A DNA stretch of 64,000 nt from a bacterium (GTDB taxonomy: Bacteria > UBA8248): the NCBI GenBank assembly GCA_965213625.1, contig CBDBZU010000004.1, positions 2,464,001-2,528,000 of the forward strand, read 5' to 3'. The notes under the pieces were generated by a model. That model worked only from the letters and a program-made list of their open reading frames with translations, did no database searches and was not told the DNA's origin. Within the stretch, counting starts at the first letter, position 1; every line of letters starts with the position of its first letter. This document shows positions 36,401 to 47,394 of this stretch, in pieces. Both the position numbers and the translations under genes were made by a program.

Positions 36401-36953
36401 GCAGTCGGGTCAAATCGCGGCTGTGGGGTTCGACATGTACTGCCGCCTTCTGGAAGAAGTCGTGCAGGAGGCGAAGGGCGAGACGGTCGAACGTCGAGAG
36501 CCCGAGATCGTCGCACCGGTGGCGGGTACGCTGCCGCCTTCGTGGATTCCGGCCCAGGCCGAGCGCCTCGACGTATATCGTCGAATCGCATCGGCTCAGG
36601 CGCCGATCGAATTAAGAGAATTGGTCGTGGAGCTCCAGGATAAATACGGAGAAATGCCGACGCGCGCCCTGCACCTTCTGCAACTGGGGGAAATCCGCTT
36701 GCGCGCCCGCCTATGCGGAATCAAGTCTCTCCACGTTCGCGGGAAAGAGGCGCATCTCGAGATTTTCCCGGGCGATTATGAATTAACGGCCGCTTTTCTC
36801 GACATGCCCGGCATGATGTTCACCAATACCCATGCTTTTCGGGCGAGCGTCAGCGGGCGTTGGACGGAGGATTTTGACTTTCTCGTTCAAGTGCTGGATG
36901 CTTTGGAAGTGTGCAAGGTTACCGAAGACGAGTTGGCTGCGGAAGAGGCATGA
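33462..36953 (+). CDS. mfd: Transcription-repair coupling factor
   Basis: GEYAVRGGILD, VVHAEHGVGRY, MDRLICGDVGYGKTEVA, DEEHRFG, TATPIPRTL, QLRGRVGR, TRCF domain; start may be 33491. Confidence 0.97.
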   Translation: MTGLNSDICAMDKFFMSLLGLDGAKRILLRGANDASIAWWLARIACEHPGPVVFVEGEQRRLEVIKANMKLFLGASVARDLPVLGFPAWDVYPFSRLSPSSEVVGERMSALQFLRGGEQGVVLTSITAMGTRTPSPDRLGDAMMRLREGMAIERDPFIGSLESLMYQRRSLVESPGEYAVRGGILDFFSPQNAYPTRLELRGDEVDSLRNFNPQTQRNLETLQSVDVFPSKEIVFSPEDIERGRRALAEITAPETRERIERLLEYLDVDGHFSGMEGLAPLFLSDMTTLFDVAPGNTLWIMNESENLDEAMEKFWDEVNEEARLAPERGLVSFAPERLWQTPEEIREELSIWPRLEFDSLGLDAPNPEENIKADDALRAENINPFRGRVEAFVDQLRSWRREDQSVVIVAEEKTLALRIQALLREHEVGVEILPEGASFMDGRHDVVLAEGKLSAGFRLPDEQRVFFRAQDLLVGALGRDSRRLPQSKPGEGFKDLSEKDLVVHAEHGVGRYMGTRVIEHRDGENEFLTLQYAGGDKLYVPMDDVERIHKYRGGGIAPPLDRLGGNRWNKTKNNVKKSLRGIARDLVRLYSERSSALGYAFSAEGAFDHEISAGFGFEETPDQEQAIRVVLEDMERAQPMDRLICGDVGYGKTEVALRAAARAISAGKQVAVIVPTTLLAHQHWDTFRQRFESLPVQVEMLSRFRTRKEQAEVAEGLSAGRVDIVIGTHRLLQKDVSFRDLGLLVIDEEHRFGVSHKEKLKKLRVNVDVLTLTATPIPRTLEMALSGTRDLSVIETPPRHRVAPRTYISRFSEKLITDAITKEIDRGGQVFFVHNRVQSLPAMRRLLQKLAPDARILVGHGKMKERELEEVMEQFVTRRADVLLCTTIIESGLDIPSVNTIVINRADTFGMAQLYQLRGRVGRDRFQAHAYLLVSGAGSLTKQARERLQAIEELSELGAGFKLAMRDLEIRGAGHLLGHRQSGQIAAVGFDMYCRLLEEVVQEAKGETVERREPEIVAPVAGTLPPSWIPAQAERLDVYRRIASAQAPIELRELVVELQDKYGEMPTRALHLLQLGEIRLRARLCGIKSLHVRGKEAHLEIFPGDYELTAAFLDMPGMMFTNTHAFRASVSGRWTEDFDFLVQVLDALEVCKVTEDELAAEEA

Positions 36954-36963
36954 GGCTCTCATT

Positions 36964-37947
36964 ATGGAAGACGAGAGGGGCGCGCGGCGTCTGAGGCGTG
37001 GCGGCCTTACCTGGTGGGCATGGGTTTGCTTGGTGACGCCGCTCATCGTGGCGGGCTGTGATTCTGCGCTTCAGACCCGAAGCGAGAAAAAAGATACCCT
37101 GCTGGCGCAGGTCAACGGCGAGCCGATAACCCGCCAGGATGTCCGCGCGCATTTCATGGCGAGCGGGGCTCAGGAAATTGCGGGCAAGGCTGAAAAGCCC
37201 ATACCGAAGGTCTTGCTCGATCAACTCGTGGAAAGGCGACTCTTGCTCCAGCGCTTCCGGGAGACGGGCGAATATGTCAGCGAGGGGAAAGTAAGGCGCT
37301 TCGTCGAATTTATCCGCCGCCAATATGGCGATCAGGATTTGAGCGCCATCATGAAGGATCAGGGGATTGACGAGGAGTCGTGGCTCAAAACGATGCGCGA
37401 AACACTCGAGATTGAATACCTGCTCGATAGGGAAGTGTATTCGAAGCTCAAAGTCTCGGATTCGGAGATAGAAGATTACTACAACCGCAACAAGGAGAAA
37501 TTCAAGGTCGGAAGGCGGCTGCGTGTTCGCCAAATCGTCGTCTCTTCGGCTAAAATGGCGAATCGATTGAGGAAGCTGATTCTCGGGGGGGAATCGTTCG
37601 CGTCTTTGGCGCAGAAGAATTCCATAGGCCCCGAGAGCCGCATGGGCGGCGATTTGGGTTATTTCGAAGAAGGGGAGTTGCCTGAAAACATCGAGAACGT
37701 GGTGACTTCGTTGAATTTGGGCGAGGTGAGCCGGGTCGTAAAGAGTCCGGCGGGCTTCCACCTCCTGGAGGTGTCGGAGAGGAGGTTGCCGTTCCAGAAA
37801 ACTCTGGCGTCCGTGAGGGAAAACATACGAAAACGACTGCTGGCCGATAAGGGAAGAGCGAGACTCGAGGGCTGGCTCGGAGAACTCAAACGAAATGCGA
37901 AAATCAAATACTACCTGGAAAATTTTGAAAATGTCGTATCGGGTTAG
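36964..37947 (+). CDS. PpiC-type peptidyl-prolyl isomerase (PrsA/SurA-like, probable lipoprotein)
   Basis: IVAGC lipobox-like, AQVNGEPIT, FASLAQKNS, GGDLGYF, VKSPAGFHL. Confidence 0.85.
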   Translation: MEDERGARRLRRGGLTWWAWVCLVTPLIVAGCDSALQTRSEKKDTLLAQVNGEPITRQDVRAHFMASGAQEIAGKAEKPIPKVLLDQLVERRLLLQRFRETGEYVSEGKVRRFVEFIRRQYGDQDLSAIMKDQGIDEESWLKTMRETLEIEYLLDREVYSKLKVSDSEIEDYYNRNKEKFKVGRRLRVRQIVVSSAKMANRLRKLILGGESFASLAQKNSIGPESRMGGDLGYFEEGELPENIENVVTSLNLGEVSRVVKSPAGFHLLEVSERRLPFQKTLASVRENIRKRLLADKGRARLEGWLGELKRNAKIKYYLENFENVVSG

Positions 37948-39421
37948 GCGTTTCTTCGTTTTGGTGGCCGCTTTTTGCGTGCTGGTGGGCGCGCCCGTCG
38001 CTGCGACCTCCGCCGCCGTGACGATTGAGAGAATCATCGCGAAGATTGACGATGACATCATCATGCTATCCGAGCTTCAGGATTTCGTGAAACCGAACGT
38101 CGACAAGTTGAAGCGGAATTTCAGGGGAGAACAACTGAACCGGCGGATTCGGGGACTCGAACTCCAGGCGCTCGACGCCATGATTGAGAACAGACTCATA
38201 TTGACGCGCGCCGCTGCTCTCGAGTTGAGCGTCAGCGAAAAAGAAATCGAAAACGCCATCGCGGGCATCCTCCGCCAGAACAAGACGACGACGGCCGGAT
38301 TGCGTGAATTTTTATCGTCGCAGGGGATGACGATGGAAAAATATCGCGAGGAAATTCGCGAGAAACTTCTGGCGCGAAAAGTGGAGAGCACCGAAGTCGG
38401 CGTTCGTGTCTCGGTGGTGGAGCAGGAAATCGCAGATTATTACGACGCGCATGCCGATGACTACCGCGAGGCGGAAAGCCGTACAGTGCGGCAGGTTTTC
38501 CTTCCCGTGAGCAAAGGCGCCGCCGCTGTGGATATCGAAGCGCAGCGTAAAAAGGCGGATATTGCATACGAGGAGGCCATGAAGCCGGGTGCTGGTTTCG
38601 CCGAAGTGGCGGAGAAGCATTCCGAGGGCCCCGCCCGGAGCCGGGGCGGCTCGTTGGGTTCCGTGAAGAAGGGCGAGGTTTTCCCCGAACTCGAACAACT
38701 CATATTCTCGACGCCGAAAGGCGGGACGAGCAAGCCGACAAGAACGAGAGTGGGCTTTCACGTCATACACGTCGATGATGTGAAACCGGGCAAAGTGATC
38801 ACCCTCGACAGGGTGTCCGGCAAAATCCGCAACAAGTTGTTCCAGGAAAAATTCACCAAGAGGCGACGCGAGTGGGTAACGGAACTCAAAAGAACCGCTT
38901 TTCTCGAGGTCAGCTACGACCCCACGCCTTCGCCCGGCGGCTTGTCTTCCGTGTTCAAGGATGTTCGCGAACAGATCAGTTTCAGGCTGATCGGCATCAA
39001 GCTTAAACAAAAGGGCGGGTTGTTCGGGCAGGACAGGGTCCTGTGGGCCTATGGCGCGAACAGGGACAAGCCCCGCTGGAAATCGGACAGGGTGAAGGTC
39101 GGAGAGGGGGCCAGTGTAGGAAAAGACGCCATCGGCGCCCTGGAGACGGGGCACCGCTTGTTCGTGAATCCCGACCCTTCGGCGAACCTCTATTTGTTCC
39201 GCTACGTGTATCTGCTGCCCGACTCATTTATCGGCAAGGTCAGCTTTGCGGATATGATCAAGGCGTACTCGGCCCAGTCGAAGGCCGGGGCCGAAGGGCA
39301 AAATGCCGAGGCGAAGAAGATGACCTTCGAGACGGAGAACAAGGCCGCGCGGGTCGAGTTCGAGGTGGAGGTCCAGAAAACGCGCAGCATCGTAGCGGAT
39401 CCCAAAGAAATCACCCAATGA
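37931..39421 (+). CDS. surA: SurA-family chaperone/PPIase with extra C-terminal domain
   Basis: Signal peptide, ERIIAKIDDDII.LSE SurA-N domain, FAEVAEKHSEG..GGSLG rotamase domain. Confidence 0.8.
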   Translation: MSYRVRRFFVLVAAFCVLVGAPVAATSAAVTIERIIAKIDDDIIMLSELQDFVKPNVDKLKRNFRGEQLNRRIRGLELQALDAMIENRLILTRAAALELSVSEKEIENAIAGILRQNKTTTAGLREFLSSQGMTMEKYREEIREKLLARKVESTEVGVRVSVVEQEIADYYDAHADDYREAESRTVRQVFLPVSKGAAAVDIEAQRKKADIAYEEAMKPGAGFAEVAEKHSEGPARSRGGSLGSVKKGEVFPELEQLIFSTPKGGTSKPTRTRVGFHVIHVDDVKPGKVITLDRVSGKIRNKLFQEKFTKRRREWVTELKRTAFLEVSYDPTPSPGGLSSVFKDVREQISFRLIGIKLKQKGGLFGQDRVLWAYGANRDKPRWKSDRVKVGEGASVGKDAIGALETGHRLFVNPDPSANLYLFRYVYLLPDSFIGKVSFADMIKAYSAQSKAGAEGQNAEAKKMTFETENKAARVEFEVEVQKTRSIVADPKEITQ

Positions 39422-39430
39422 TGGTGCAGA

Positions 39431-39745
39431 ATGCGCCTCGACCAGTTTTTGCGCTATAGCCGCCTGGTCAAGCGCCGACCCCTCGCCAAGAGCCTGGCGG
39501 ACGGGGGTGCGGTGGATATCGAGGGAAAAACGGCCAAAGCATCGTCAAAGGTGGAAATCGGAGACGTGTTGAGCCTCAGGCTCGACAACAAAACCCTGCG
39601 CATCCGCATACTGGGGGAGGCGAGGCGCAATTTGTCGAAAAAAGACGCATCCGACCTGTTCGAGGTTATGGAGGAAGCCGCTCACGTCCCCGATGAGAGA
39701 GAGGAACTATCAGGCGCGCCGCTGGATTTTTTGAAGCGTTCGTGA
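39431..39745 (+). CDS. S4-domain RNA-binding protein (YabO/RqcP/Hsp15-like)
   Basis: MRLDQFLRYSRLVKRRPLAK...AKASSKVEIGD. Confidence 0.88.
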   Translation: MRLDQFLRYSRLVKRRPLAKSLADGGAVDIEGKTAKASSKVEIGDVLSLRLDNKTLRIRILGEARRNLSKKDASDLFEVMEEAAHVPDEREELSGAPLDFLKRS

Positions 39746-39843
39746 ATTCCCTCTTGCCCTTTGTGGCAAAGACTGCTAGTTTCCAAGAAATGTCCCGGCC
39801 GGATTTTCGCCGGGCGGAAATAACCTGGTGATAGAGAAATTCC

Positions 39844-39874
39844 CCTTTAATGTCGTCCCGTGAGGCGGCGAAGG
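39844..39874 (+). promoter_or_regulatory. PyrR-binding RNA element
   Basis: CCTTTAA-TGTC-GTCCCGTGAG-GCGGCG-AAGG resembles the PyrR binding-loop consensus; upstream of pyrR-pyrB. Confidence 0.8.
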
Positions 39875-39915
39875 AGGAAACGCAGATGCTTGCCATTCTC
39901 GCGCGTGTTTTTTGC

Positions 39916-39947
39916 ACTCCATGCCCTGTGGGCATGGAGTTTTTTTT
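39916..39947 (+). terminator. Attenuator terminator of the pyr operon
   Basis: ACTCCATGCCC-tgt-GGGCATGGAGT followed by a T-run. Confidence 0.85.
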
Positions 39948-39992
39948 GTGCTCATTTTACGCGCAAACGCCCGAACGCCGGATTTCGCCCTG

Positions 39993-40517
39993 ATGATGAA
40001 GCAACTCGATGCCGAGCAGCTCAGGCGCACCTTGCGGCGTCTCTCGCATGAAATTCTCGAGCGCACCGCCGATCTGTCGGACCTGGTGTTCGTCGGCATC
40101 CGCACGAGGGGCACGCCTCTGGCGGAAAGGCTGGCCCGGGAGCTTCAGTCTCTGGTGGGCGTGCACCCGCTCGTGGGCGCGCTCGACGTGACGCTCTACC
40201 GCGACGACCTGAACCAGGCCGACGGGGTGAGAACCGGCCTCAAGAAAACGGACTTGTCCTTCTCCTGTGAGGGGAAGGACGTCATTTTGGTCGACGACGT
40301 GCTCTACACGGGCCGCACGGCGCGCGCCGCCCTGGCCGCGCTCATGAGCTTCGGCCGGCCCCGCAGGGTGCGGCTCGCCATCCTGGTGGACAGGGGAGGG
40401 CGCGAACTGCCCATACGCGCCGATTTCGTGGGGAAGAACATCGAGGCCGTCCATCCCGAAGAAGTGCGTGTGCATCTGGAGGAAACAGACGGCCAGGACG
40501 CCGTTTTCAAGAGATAA
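39993..40517 (+). CDS. pyrR: Bifunctional pyr operon regulator/uracil phosphoribosyltransferase PyrR
   Basis: LRRLSHEILE, GIRTRG, LDVTLYRDD, LVDDVLYTGRT, RELPIRADFVGKN; first gene of the pyr operon. Confidence 0.93.
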   Translation: MMKQLDAEQLRRTLRRLSHEILERTADLSDLVFVGIRTRGTPLAERLARELQSLVGVHPLVGALDVTLYRDDLNQADGVRTGLKKTDLSFSCEGKDVILVDDVLYTGRTARAALAALMSFGRPRRVRLAILVDRGGRELPIRADFVGKNIEAVHPEEVRVHLEETDGQDAVFKR

Positions 40518-40559
40518 AACGAGCCCGGAAGCCGGGGCATTGCCAGTGGGGGGGATAAT

Positions 40560-41579
40560 ATGAGCCTGGAGACCTACCGAAGAAAGGATTTGCTCTCGAT
40601 TCGAGAACTCGAGCCCGAGGAAATAACGTTCCTGCTCGATCAGACCGATTCGTTTCGCGAGATCAACGAACGCGACATCAAGAAAGTGCCCACGCTGAGA
40701 GGAAAGACGATCGTCAACCTGTTCTTCGAGAACAGCACGCGCACACGCGCCTCGTTCGAAATCGCGGGCAAGCGCCTCTCGGCGGACGTCATCAACCTCT
40801 CCGTCTCGACGAGTTCGGCGGCCAAGGGGGAAACCCTGCGCGATACGGCGAGGAACATCGAGGCGATGGCCACCGACGTGCTCGTCGTCCGGCACTGGGC
40901 GTCGGGCGCGCCGGCCTACCTGGGCAGAGAACTCGATTGCGCCGTCGTGAACGCGGGTGACGGCTGCCACGAGCACCCCACCCAGGCGCTGCTCGACCTC
41001 TACACCATCAGAGAGCACAAGAAGAAGTTCAAGGGCCTGAACGTCTCCATCGTGGGGGACATCGCGCACAGCCGCGTGGCGCGCTCGAACGTGGCCGGGC
41101 TCCTGAAGCTGGGCGCGAACGTCACCTTCTGCGGCCCGTCCACGATGTTGCCCGCCGAAGTCGGCTGCCTGGGGGCGCGCGTGACGACGAGGCTCGATGA
41201 GGCCATCGACGGGGCGGACGTGCTCATCGCCCTCAGAATCCAGCTGGAAAGGGGCGCCGGGAGCGCCTTCCCCAGCGAACGCGAGTACGCCAACACCTAC
41301 GGAATCACCAAGAAGAAGCTCCAGGGGGCGAAGCGCGACCTGCTCATCATGCACCCGGGGCCCATCAACCGGGGCGTGGAGATGTCCCCCGACGTGGCCG
41401 ACGGGCCGTTCTCCGTCATCCTGGAACAGGTCGAATACGGCGTCGCCTGCAGGATGGCGATTCTCTATCTTCTCTCGGTGAAGCGGGATGAAGAGACGGG
41501 GGATGAGGCTTCCAAGGAAGTGGACGCCGCGGAGCCTGAAAAATCGCGCAAGGAGGTGAGAGATGCCGTTGCTCATTAA
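40560..41579 (+). CDS. pyrB: Aspartate carbamoyltransferase catalytic subunit
   Basis: [48 protein letters not shown]. Confidence 0.97.
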   Translation: MSLETYRRKDLLSIRELEPEEITFLLDQTDSFREINERDIKKVPTLRGKTIVNLFFENSTRTRASFEIAGKRLSADVINLSVSTSSAAKGETLRDTARNIEAMATDVLVVRHWASGAPAYLGRELDCAVVNAGDGCHEHPTQALLDLYTIREHKKKFKGLNVSIVGDIAHSRVARSNVAGLLKLGANVTFCGPSTMLPAEVGCLGARVTTRLDEAIDGADVLIALRIQLERGAGSAFPSEREYANTYGITKKKLQGAKRDLLIMHPGPINRGVEMSPDVADGPFSVILEQVEYGVACRMAILYLLSVKRDEETGDEASKEVDAAEPEKSRKEVRDAVAH

Positions 41580-42885
41580 GGGGGGACGCCTCATCGACCC
41601 TGCAGACGGCGTCGATGAGAAATGTGACATCCTGATCGAAGAGGGAAAAGTCGCGCACAGGAAAAAGAACATCTTGCCGCGCGGCGGGGATGAAATCATC
41701 GACGCCGAGGGGCTCGTTGTCGCGCCCGGTTTTATCGACATGCACGTCCATTTCCGGGAACCGGGGCAGGAATACAAGGAGGACATCGAGAGCGGCACCC
41801 GCGCCGCCGCCGCCGGCGGGTTTACCGGCGTGGCGTGCATGGCGAACACCGACCCGGTGAACGATACGAGTTCCATCACCGAGCGGATACTCAAGCGCGC
41901 GCGCGAGGTGGGCGCCTGCCGCGTGTTCCCCATCGGCTCGGTTTCGGTGGGACTCGAGGGCGAGGAATTGAGCGAGATGGCCGAGCAGATAGAGGCGGGC
42001 GCGGTGGCCTTCAGCGACGACGGCGTGCCGGTCAAGACGGCCGCCCTGATGCGCGCCGCCCTCGAATACGCCGGAATGCTGGGTGTGAGCGTGCTCGATC
42101 ACGCAGAGGAAATGACGCTCTCCTCAGCCAAGGTGATGAACGAGGGGGCGGTTTCCACCCTGCTCGGCCTGTCGGGCAACCCGGCGGCGAGCGAGGACAT
42201 CTGCGTATACCGCGACATCCGCCTGGCGGAACTGACGGGGGGCAGGCTCCACATCCTCCACATCTCCTCCGCGGGCGCGGTGGACCTGGTCCGGTCGGCG
42301 AGAGCGCGCGAGGTCCGCGTAACGGCGGAGGTGACGCCGCACCACTTCTCCCTGACGGATGAGGTGATACTGGGTTTCGACTCGGCCGCCAAGATGGCGC
42401 CGCCGCTGCGAGACGAGGCGAACAGGCTGGCGCTGCTGGAGGGCCTTAGGGACGGAACGATATCCGCCATCGCATCTGACCACGCGCCGCACTACGAGGC
42501 GGAGACCCAGAGGGAGTTCGACGCCGTGCCGTTCGGCATCGTGGGGCTTGAGACGGCCGTATCGCTCGCGCTGGACAGGCTCGTGGGCGGGGGCGTGCTC
42601 ACGCTGCCCGAGTTGATTGCGAAGTTCACGACGGGGCCGTGCGAGGTGCTGGGACTGCCCCACGGGACCCTGAAAGAGGGCGCTCCCGGGGACGTGACCA
42701 TTCTGGACCCCGAGCGCGAGATCACCGTCGACCCCGACGCGTTCGAGAGCAACGGCAGGAATACCCCTTTCACAGGCTGGAAGCTCAAGGGATGTGCCGT
42801 CGCCACGGTCGTTGCGGGGAACGTACGGATGAGCAGGCTTACGGGTGAAATGAAAATTGCCGCACAGGAGGCGCTCGTTTCATGA
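41563..42885 (+). CDS. pyrC: Dihydroorotase
   Basis: [39 protein letters not shown]. Confidence 0.96.
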   Translation: MPLLIKGGRLIDPADGVDEKCDILIEEGKVAHRKKNILPRGGDEIIDAEGLVVAPGFIDMHVHFREPGQEYKEDIESGTRAAAAGGFTGVACMANTDPVNDTSSITERILKRAREVGACRVFPIGSVSVGLEGEELSEMAEQIEAGAVAFSDDGVPVKTAALMRAALEYAGMLGVSVLDHAEEMTLSSAKVMNEGAVSTLLGLSGNPAASEDICVYRDIRLAELTGGRLHILHISSAGAVDLVRSARAREVRVTAEVTPHHFSLTDEVILGFDSAAKMAPPLRDEANRLALLEGLRDGTISAIASDHAPHYEAETQREFDAVPFGIVGLETAVSLALDRLVGGGVLTLPELIAKFTTGPCEVLGLPHGTLKEGAPGDVTILDPEREITVDPDAFESNGRNTPFTGWKLKGCAVATVVAGNVRMSRLTGEMKIAAQEALVS

Positions 42886-43973
42886 AAGGACGAAAGATAA
42901 AACCGGCGTTCCTGGCCCTGGAGGACGGCAGAGTCTTCCGGGGCGTGAGTTTCGGGGCGGATTCTGACGCGGAGGGCGAACTCGTCTTCAACACGGCTAT
43001 GACGGGTTATCAGGAAGTGCTCACAGACCCCTCCTACCGCGGCCAGATGGTGGTGATGACGTACCCCCACATCGGGAATTACGGCGTCATCCCGGGCGAT
43101 GAGGAATCCCGCCGCGTCTGGGTCGAGGCGTTCATCGTGAAGGAAGTCTGCAGGCGTCACAGCAATTTCAGGGCGAACGAGGACCTGGACACCTATCTCA
43201 AGAGACAGGGTATCCCCGGCATCGAGGGCGTCGACACGCGCGCGCTCACGCGCCACATCCGGGAGGCGGGCGCCTTGAAGGCGGTGCTCTCCTCCACCGA
43301 TCTGGACGAGGGAACCCTCATCGCGCGCGCCAAGGCGAGCCCCGGCCTGGACGGGCGCGACATGGTGCAAGGCGTCACCTGCGAGGCCCCGCACGCCTGG
43401 GGCGAGCGCGCGGGCCGTCCGCTTTGCGTGGCGTACGACCTGGGGGCGAAGGACAACATTTTCCGCGAACTGGGCCAAAGGTTCGATCTGGAAATCGTGC
43501 CCGCTTCCGAGACGGCCGAGAACGTGCTGGCGAGAAAGCCCGCCGCCGTTTTCCTCTCGAACGGCCCCGGCGATCCGGCGGCGCTCGGCTACGTCGTCGA
43601 TAACGTACGAAGCATCATGGGCCGGGTTCCCGTCGTGGGCATCTGCCTGGGGCATCAGATTCTTGCGCAGGCCCTGGGCGGGCGGACGTACAAGCTCAAG
43701 TTCGGCCACCACGGGGCGAACCACCCGGTGCAGGATTTGAGCACGAAAAAGGTGGACATCACCTCGCAGAACCACTCGTTCGCCGTGGACCCCGAGAGCC
43801 TGCCCGAGAGCGTGGCGGTTACGCATTCCTCCCTGAACGACCAGACTTGCGAGGGACTCAAGTCCGAATCCCCCAAAGTGTTCAGCGTGCAGTACCACCC
43901 CGAGGCCTGCCCCGGCCCGCACGATGCGGGCGCGCTGTTCGATGCGTTCTTCAGCTTCTGCGTGGGGGAGTAG
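42882..43973 (+). CDS. carA: Carbamoyl-phosphate synthase small subunit
   Basis: GELVFNTAMTGYQE, LSNGPGDP, GICLGHQ, QYHPEA. Confidence 0.97.
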   Translation: MKGRKIKPAFLALEDGRVFRGVSFGADSDAEGELVFNTAMTGYQEVLTDPSYRGQMVVMTYPHIGNYGVIPGDEESRRVWVEAFIVKEVCRRHSNFRANEDLDTYLKRQGIPGIEGVDTRALTRHIREAGALKAVLSSTDLDEGTLIARAKASPGLDGRDMVQGVTCEAPHAWGERAGRPLCVAYDLGAKDNIFRELGQRFDLEIVPASETAENVLARKPAAVFLSNGPGDPAALGYVVDNVRSIMGRVPVVGICLGHQILAQALGGRTYKLKFGHHGANHPVQDLSTKKVDITSQNHSFAVDPESLPESVAVTHSSLNDQTCEGLKSESPKVFSVQYHPEACPGPHDAGALFDAFFSFCVGE

Positions 43974-44068
43974 GGAGTGCGCGCGGATTCTCGTGAGGGC
44001 AATAATTGATTCAAAAGGTGTTTGAAACGTCCATAATATTTTTCTTCATAGAGCGAGTGGCCTGATAC

Positions 44069-47000
44069 ATGCCGAAAAGAACGGACATATCGAAAATACT
44101 GATCATAGGCTCCGGCCCCATTGTCATCGGGCAGGCGTGCGAGTTCGACTATTCGGGCGCGCAGGCGTGCAAGGCCCTGCGCGAGGAGGGCTACGAGGTG
44201 GTGCTGGTGAACTCGAACCCCGCCACCATCATGACCGACCCCGAGATGGCCGACGCTACCTACGTGGAGCCCATCACGCCGAAGGTGGTGGAGGAGATCA
44301 TCAAGAAAGAACGCCCCGACGCCCTGCTGCCCACCATGGGCGGCCAGACGGGGCTGAACACGGCGGTGGCCCTCGCGGAGAGCGGCGTACTCGACGCCCT
44401 GGGCGTGGAACTCATCGGCGCCAAGCTGCCCGCCATCAACTGCGCGGAAGACAGGGACCTCTTCAAGAAGGCGATGAGCGAGATTGGCCTCGACCTGCCC
44501 CGGAGCGAGGTCGTCACCACGATGGCCGAGGGCTGGGAGGCGGCGCGTGATATCGGATTTCCGATTATCCTGCGGCCCGCCTTCACGCTGGGCGGCTCGG
44601 GCGGGGCCGTGGCTTTCACCGAGGATGAGTTCGAGGAGAAACTCGCCTGGGCGCTCTCGGAAAGCCCGGTGGATCAGGTGCTTCTCGAAGAAAGCGCTCT
44701 GGGCTGGAAGGAATACGAGCTCGAAGTGATGCGCGACTTGAAGGACAACGTCTCCATCATCTGCTCCATCGAGAATTTCGACCCCATGGGCGTCCACACG
44801 GGCGATTCCATCACCGTCGCCCCCGCGCAGACGCTCTCGGACCGCGAATACCAGACGATGCGCGACGCGGCCATCGCCTGCATCCGCAAGGTGGGGGTCG
44901 AGTGCGGCGGCTCGAACATCCAGTTCGGCCTGAGTCCCACCGACGGCCGGATGGTCGTTATCGAGATGAACCCGCGCGTGTCGAGAAGCTCGGCCCTTGC
45001 GAGTAAGGCCACCGGGTTTCCCATCGCCAAGATTGCCGCCAAGCTGGCCGTGGGCCTCACGCTCGATGAGATACCGAACGACATTACGCGGCAGACGCCC
45101 GCCTCGTTCGAGCCATCCATCGACTACTGCGTCACCAAGATACCGCGCTTCACCTTTGAGAAGTTCCCGGAAACACCTCCCGTCCTCGACACGCAGATGC
45201 GCTCGGTGGGGGAGGTGATGTCCATCGGCAGAACCTTTAGGGAATCCGTGATGAAGGCCATCCGCTCGCTCGAGATCGACCGCTACGGCCTGGCGGACCC
45301 AAAACCCGAAGAACTGGAGGGACTATCCGAAGACGCGCGCAGGGAGCTGATCAAAGAGGGTTTGAGGATACCCGGCCCCGACAGGCTCTGGACTATCGCC
45401 CGCGCCTACCGGGAAGGATGGACCGAAGATGAGATTTACCGCGCCTCGGGCGTCGACCCGTGGTTTCTGGCGCACCTGGACGAACTCGTGGCGTTGGAAG
45501 AAGACGCAGGCGCGCCCGGCCTGCTCGATGATGAATTCGCTCTCCGCTTTTTGAAGCAAAACGGTTTTAGTGATCTGGAGATCGCCGGAAGGCAGGGCGA
45601 GGACGAGAGCGTAGTGCGCGCGGCGAGACACGGCCTGGGCGTGCGGCCCGTCTACAAGCAGGTGGATACCTGCGCCGCCGAGTTCGAGGCCCATACCCCT
45701 TACCTCTATTCCACTTACGAGCAGGAAGACGAAGCCCCGCCGACTGCGCGTGAGAAGATTATCATCCTGGGCGGGGGCCCCAACCGCATCGGGCAGGGCA
45801 TCGAGTTCGATTACTGCTGCGTGCACGCCGTGATGGCGCTGGCGGAAGCGGGTTTCGAGGCCATCATGGTGAACTGCAACCCCGAGACGGTGAGCACGGA
45901 CTACGATACGAGCGACAGGCTTTATTTCGAGCCTCTTACGCTCGAGGACGTGCTCGAAATAATCCACCGGGAAAAACCTGCGGGCGTCATCGTGCAGTTC
46001 GGCGGCCAGACGCCGCTCAAGCTCGCCCTCGCGCTCAAGGAAGCGGGCGCGCCGATTATCGGGACCTCGCCCGAGAGTATCGACCTGACCGAGGATCGAG
46101 ACAGGTTCAGCCATCTGCTCAAGGAACTCCACCTCACTCAGCCGCCCTCGGGCACGGCCACGAACACCGAGGACGCACTCGCGATTGCGAACGCCATCGG
46201 CTATCCCGTGCTCATGAGGCCCAGCTACGTGCTGGGCGGGCGCGCCATGGCGCTCGTGCACGATGCGGACGAGCTCGCGGCCTATATGCGAGACGCCGTC
46301 CGCGCCTCGGCCGAGCGGCCCGTGCTCATCGACAGGTTCCTGGAAGACTCCGTGGAGGTCGACGTGGACGCGGTCTCGGACGGGGAGAACGTCATCATCG
46401 CGGGCGTGATGGAGCACATCGAGGAGGCGGGAATCCACAGCGGCGATTCGGCGTGTTCGATCCCCCCCTACACGCTGGGGCCCGACATCGTGGAGGAGCT
46501 CAAGCGCCAGACTCGGATTCTGGCGAAATCCTTGGGCGTCGTGGGTCTCAACAACGTGCAGTTCGCCATCCACAAGCGCCAGATCTTCATTCTGGAGGTG
46601 AACCCGCGCGCGAGCCGCACGGTGCCCTACGTGAGCAAGGTCGTCGGCGTGCCCTTCGCCAAGGTCGCCGCCCGCGCCATGGCGGGCGAGACGCTCCCCT
46701 CACTCGGCCTCGAACACGACGTGGAACCCCGCCATTTCGGGGTGAAAGAAGCGGTGTTCCCGTTCAAGAAGTTCCCCGGGGTGGACGTGATCCTGGGACC
46801 CGAGATGAAATCCACGGGCGAGGTGATGGGGCTGGGGGCGGATTTTCCCACGGCGTATCTCAAGGCGCAGGAGGGGGCCGGCTCCATCCTGCCGCTTTCG
46901 GGACGGGCATTCATCTCGGTTCGTGACGGGGACAAGGCGGCCATCATCCCGCTGGCGCAACTGCTCGTCGAACTCGGGTTCTCTCTGGTGGCGACGGCGG

Positions 47001-47320
47001 GGACGAGAGCGACGCTCATGGCCAACGGCATCGAGGCTGATTTCGTACATAAGGTGACCGACGGAGAGCCGGGCCACGTCGTGGACCAGATGGAGGCGGG
47101 GGAGGTGGACTTCGTGCTCAACACCACGGCGGGCAAGCAGTCGATAAAGGACAGCTATTCCATCCGCAGAACGGCGCTCTTGCGCAACATCTTCTATTGC
47201 ACCACGCTCGCCGCAGGCCAGGCGGCCATTCGCGCCATACGGATTCTGCGCGAAAACGACTATTCGGTGCGCTCCTTACAGGATTATCACGCGAATCTGC
47301 GTGACCTCGCCCGCGCGTAG
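44069..47320 (+). CDS. carB: Carbamoyl-phosphate synthase large subunit
   Basis: [17 protein letters not shown], two ATP-grasp domains, MGS-like C-terminus. Confidence 0.98.
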   Translation: MPKRTDISKILIIGSGPIVIGQACEFDYSGAQACKALREEGYEVVLVNSNPATIMTDPEMADATYVEPITPKVVEEIIKKERPDALLPTMGGQTGLNTAVALAESGVLDALGVELIGAKLPAINCAEDRDLFKKAMSEIGLDLPRSEVVTTMAEGWEAARDIGFPIILRPAFTLGGSGGAVAFTEDEFEEKLAWALSESPVDQVLLEESALGWKEYELEVMRDLKDNVSIICSIENFDPMGVHTGDSITVAPAQTLSDREYQTMRDAAIACIRKVGVECGGSNIQFGLSPTDGRMVVIEMNPRVSRSSALASKATGFPIAKIAAKLAVGLTLDEIPNDITRQTPASFEPSIDYCVTKIPRFTFEKFPETPPVLDTQMRSVGEVMSIGRTFRESVMKAIRSLEIDRYGLADPKPEELEGLSEDARRELIKEGLRIPGPDRLWTIARAYREGWTEDEIYRASGVDPWFLAHLDELVALEEDAGAPGLLDDEFALRFLKQNGFSDLEIAGRQGEDESVVRAARHGLGVRPVYKQVDTCAAEFEAHTPYLYSTYEQEDEAPPTAREKIIILGGGPNRIGQGIEFDYCCVHAVMALAEAGFEAIMVNCNPETVSTDYDTSDRLYFEPLTLEDVLEIIHREKPAGVIVQFGGQTPLKLALALKEAGAPIIGTSPESIDLTEDRDRFSHLLKELHLTQPPSGTATNTEDALAIANAIGYPVLMRPSYVLGGRAMALVHDADELAAYMRDAVRASAERPVLIDRFLEDSVEVDVDAVSDGENVIIAGVMEHIEEAGIHSGDSACSIPPYTLGPDIVEELKRQTRILAKSLGVVGLNNVQFAIHKRQIFILEVNPRASRTVPYVSKVVGVPFAKVAARAMAGETLPSLGLEHDVEPRHFGVKEAVFPFKKFPGVDVILGPEMKSTGEVMGLGADFPTAYLKAQEGAGSILPLSGRAFISVRDGDKAAIIPLAQLLVELGFSLVATAGTRATLMANGIEADFVHKVTDGEPGHVVDQMEAGEVDFVLNTTAGKQSIKDSYSIRRTALLRNIFYCTTLAAGQAAIRAIRILRENDYSVRSLQDYHANLRDLARA

Positions 47321-47394
47321 CATTCCCAACAAGCGATTCTGGGTGTAGAGTAGCGTTTTTCCGACTCTCGCCGCACCTCGTGAGGCCCCGGCTC

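Noticed and set aside
39957-43922. Long antisense ORFs (692 aa at 39957..42035, 476 aa at 42492..43922; likewise 4553..6001, 36919..38064, 45323..46573)
   Set aside because: They are shadow frames of well-conserved genes in GC-rich DNA and have no recognisable motifs.
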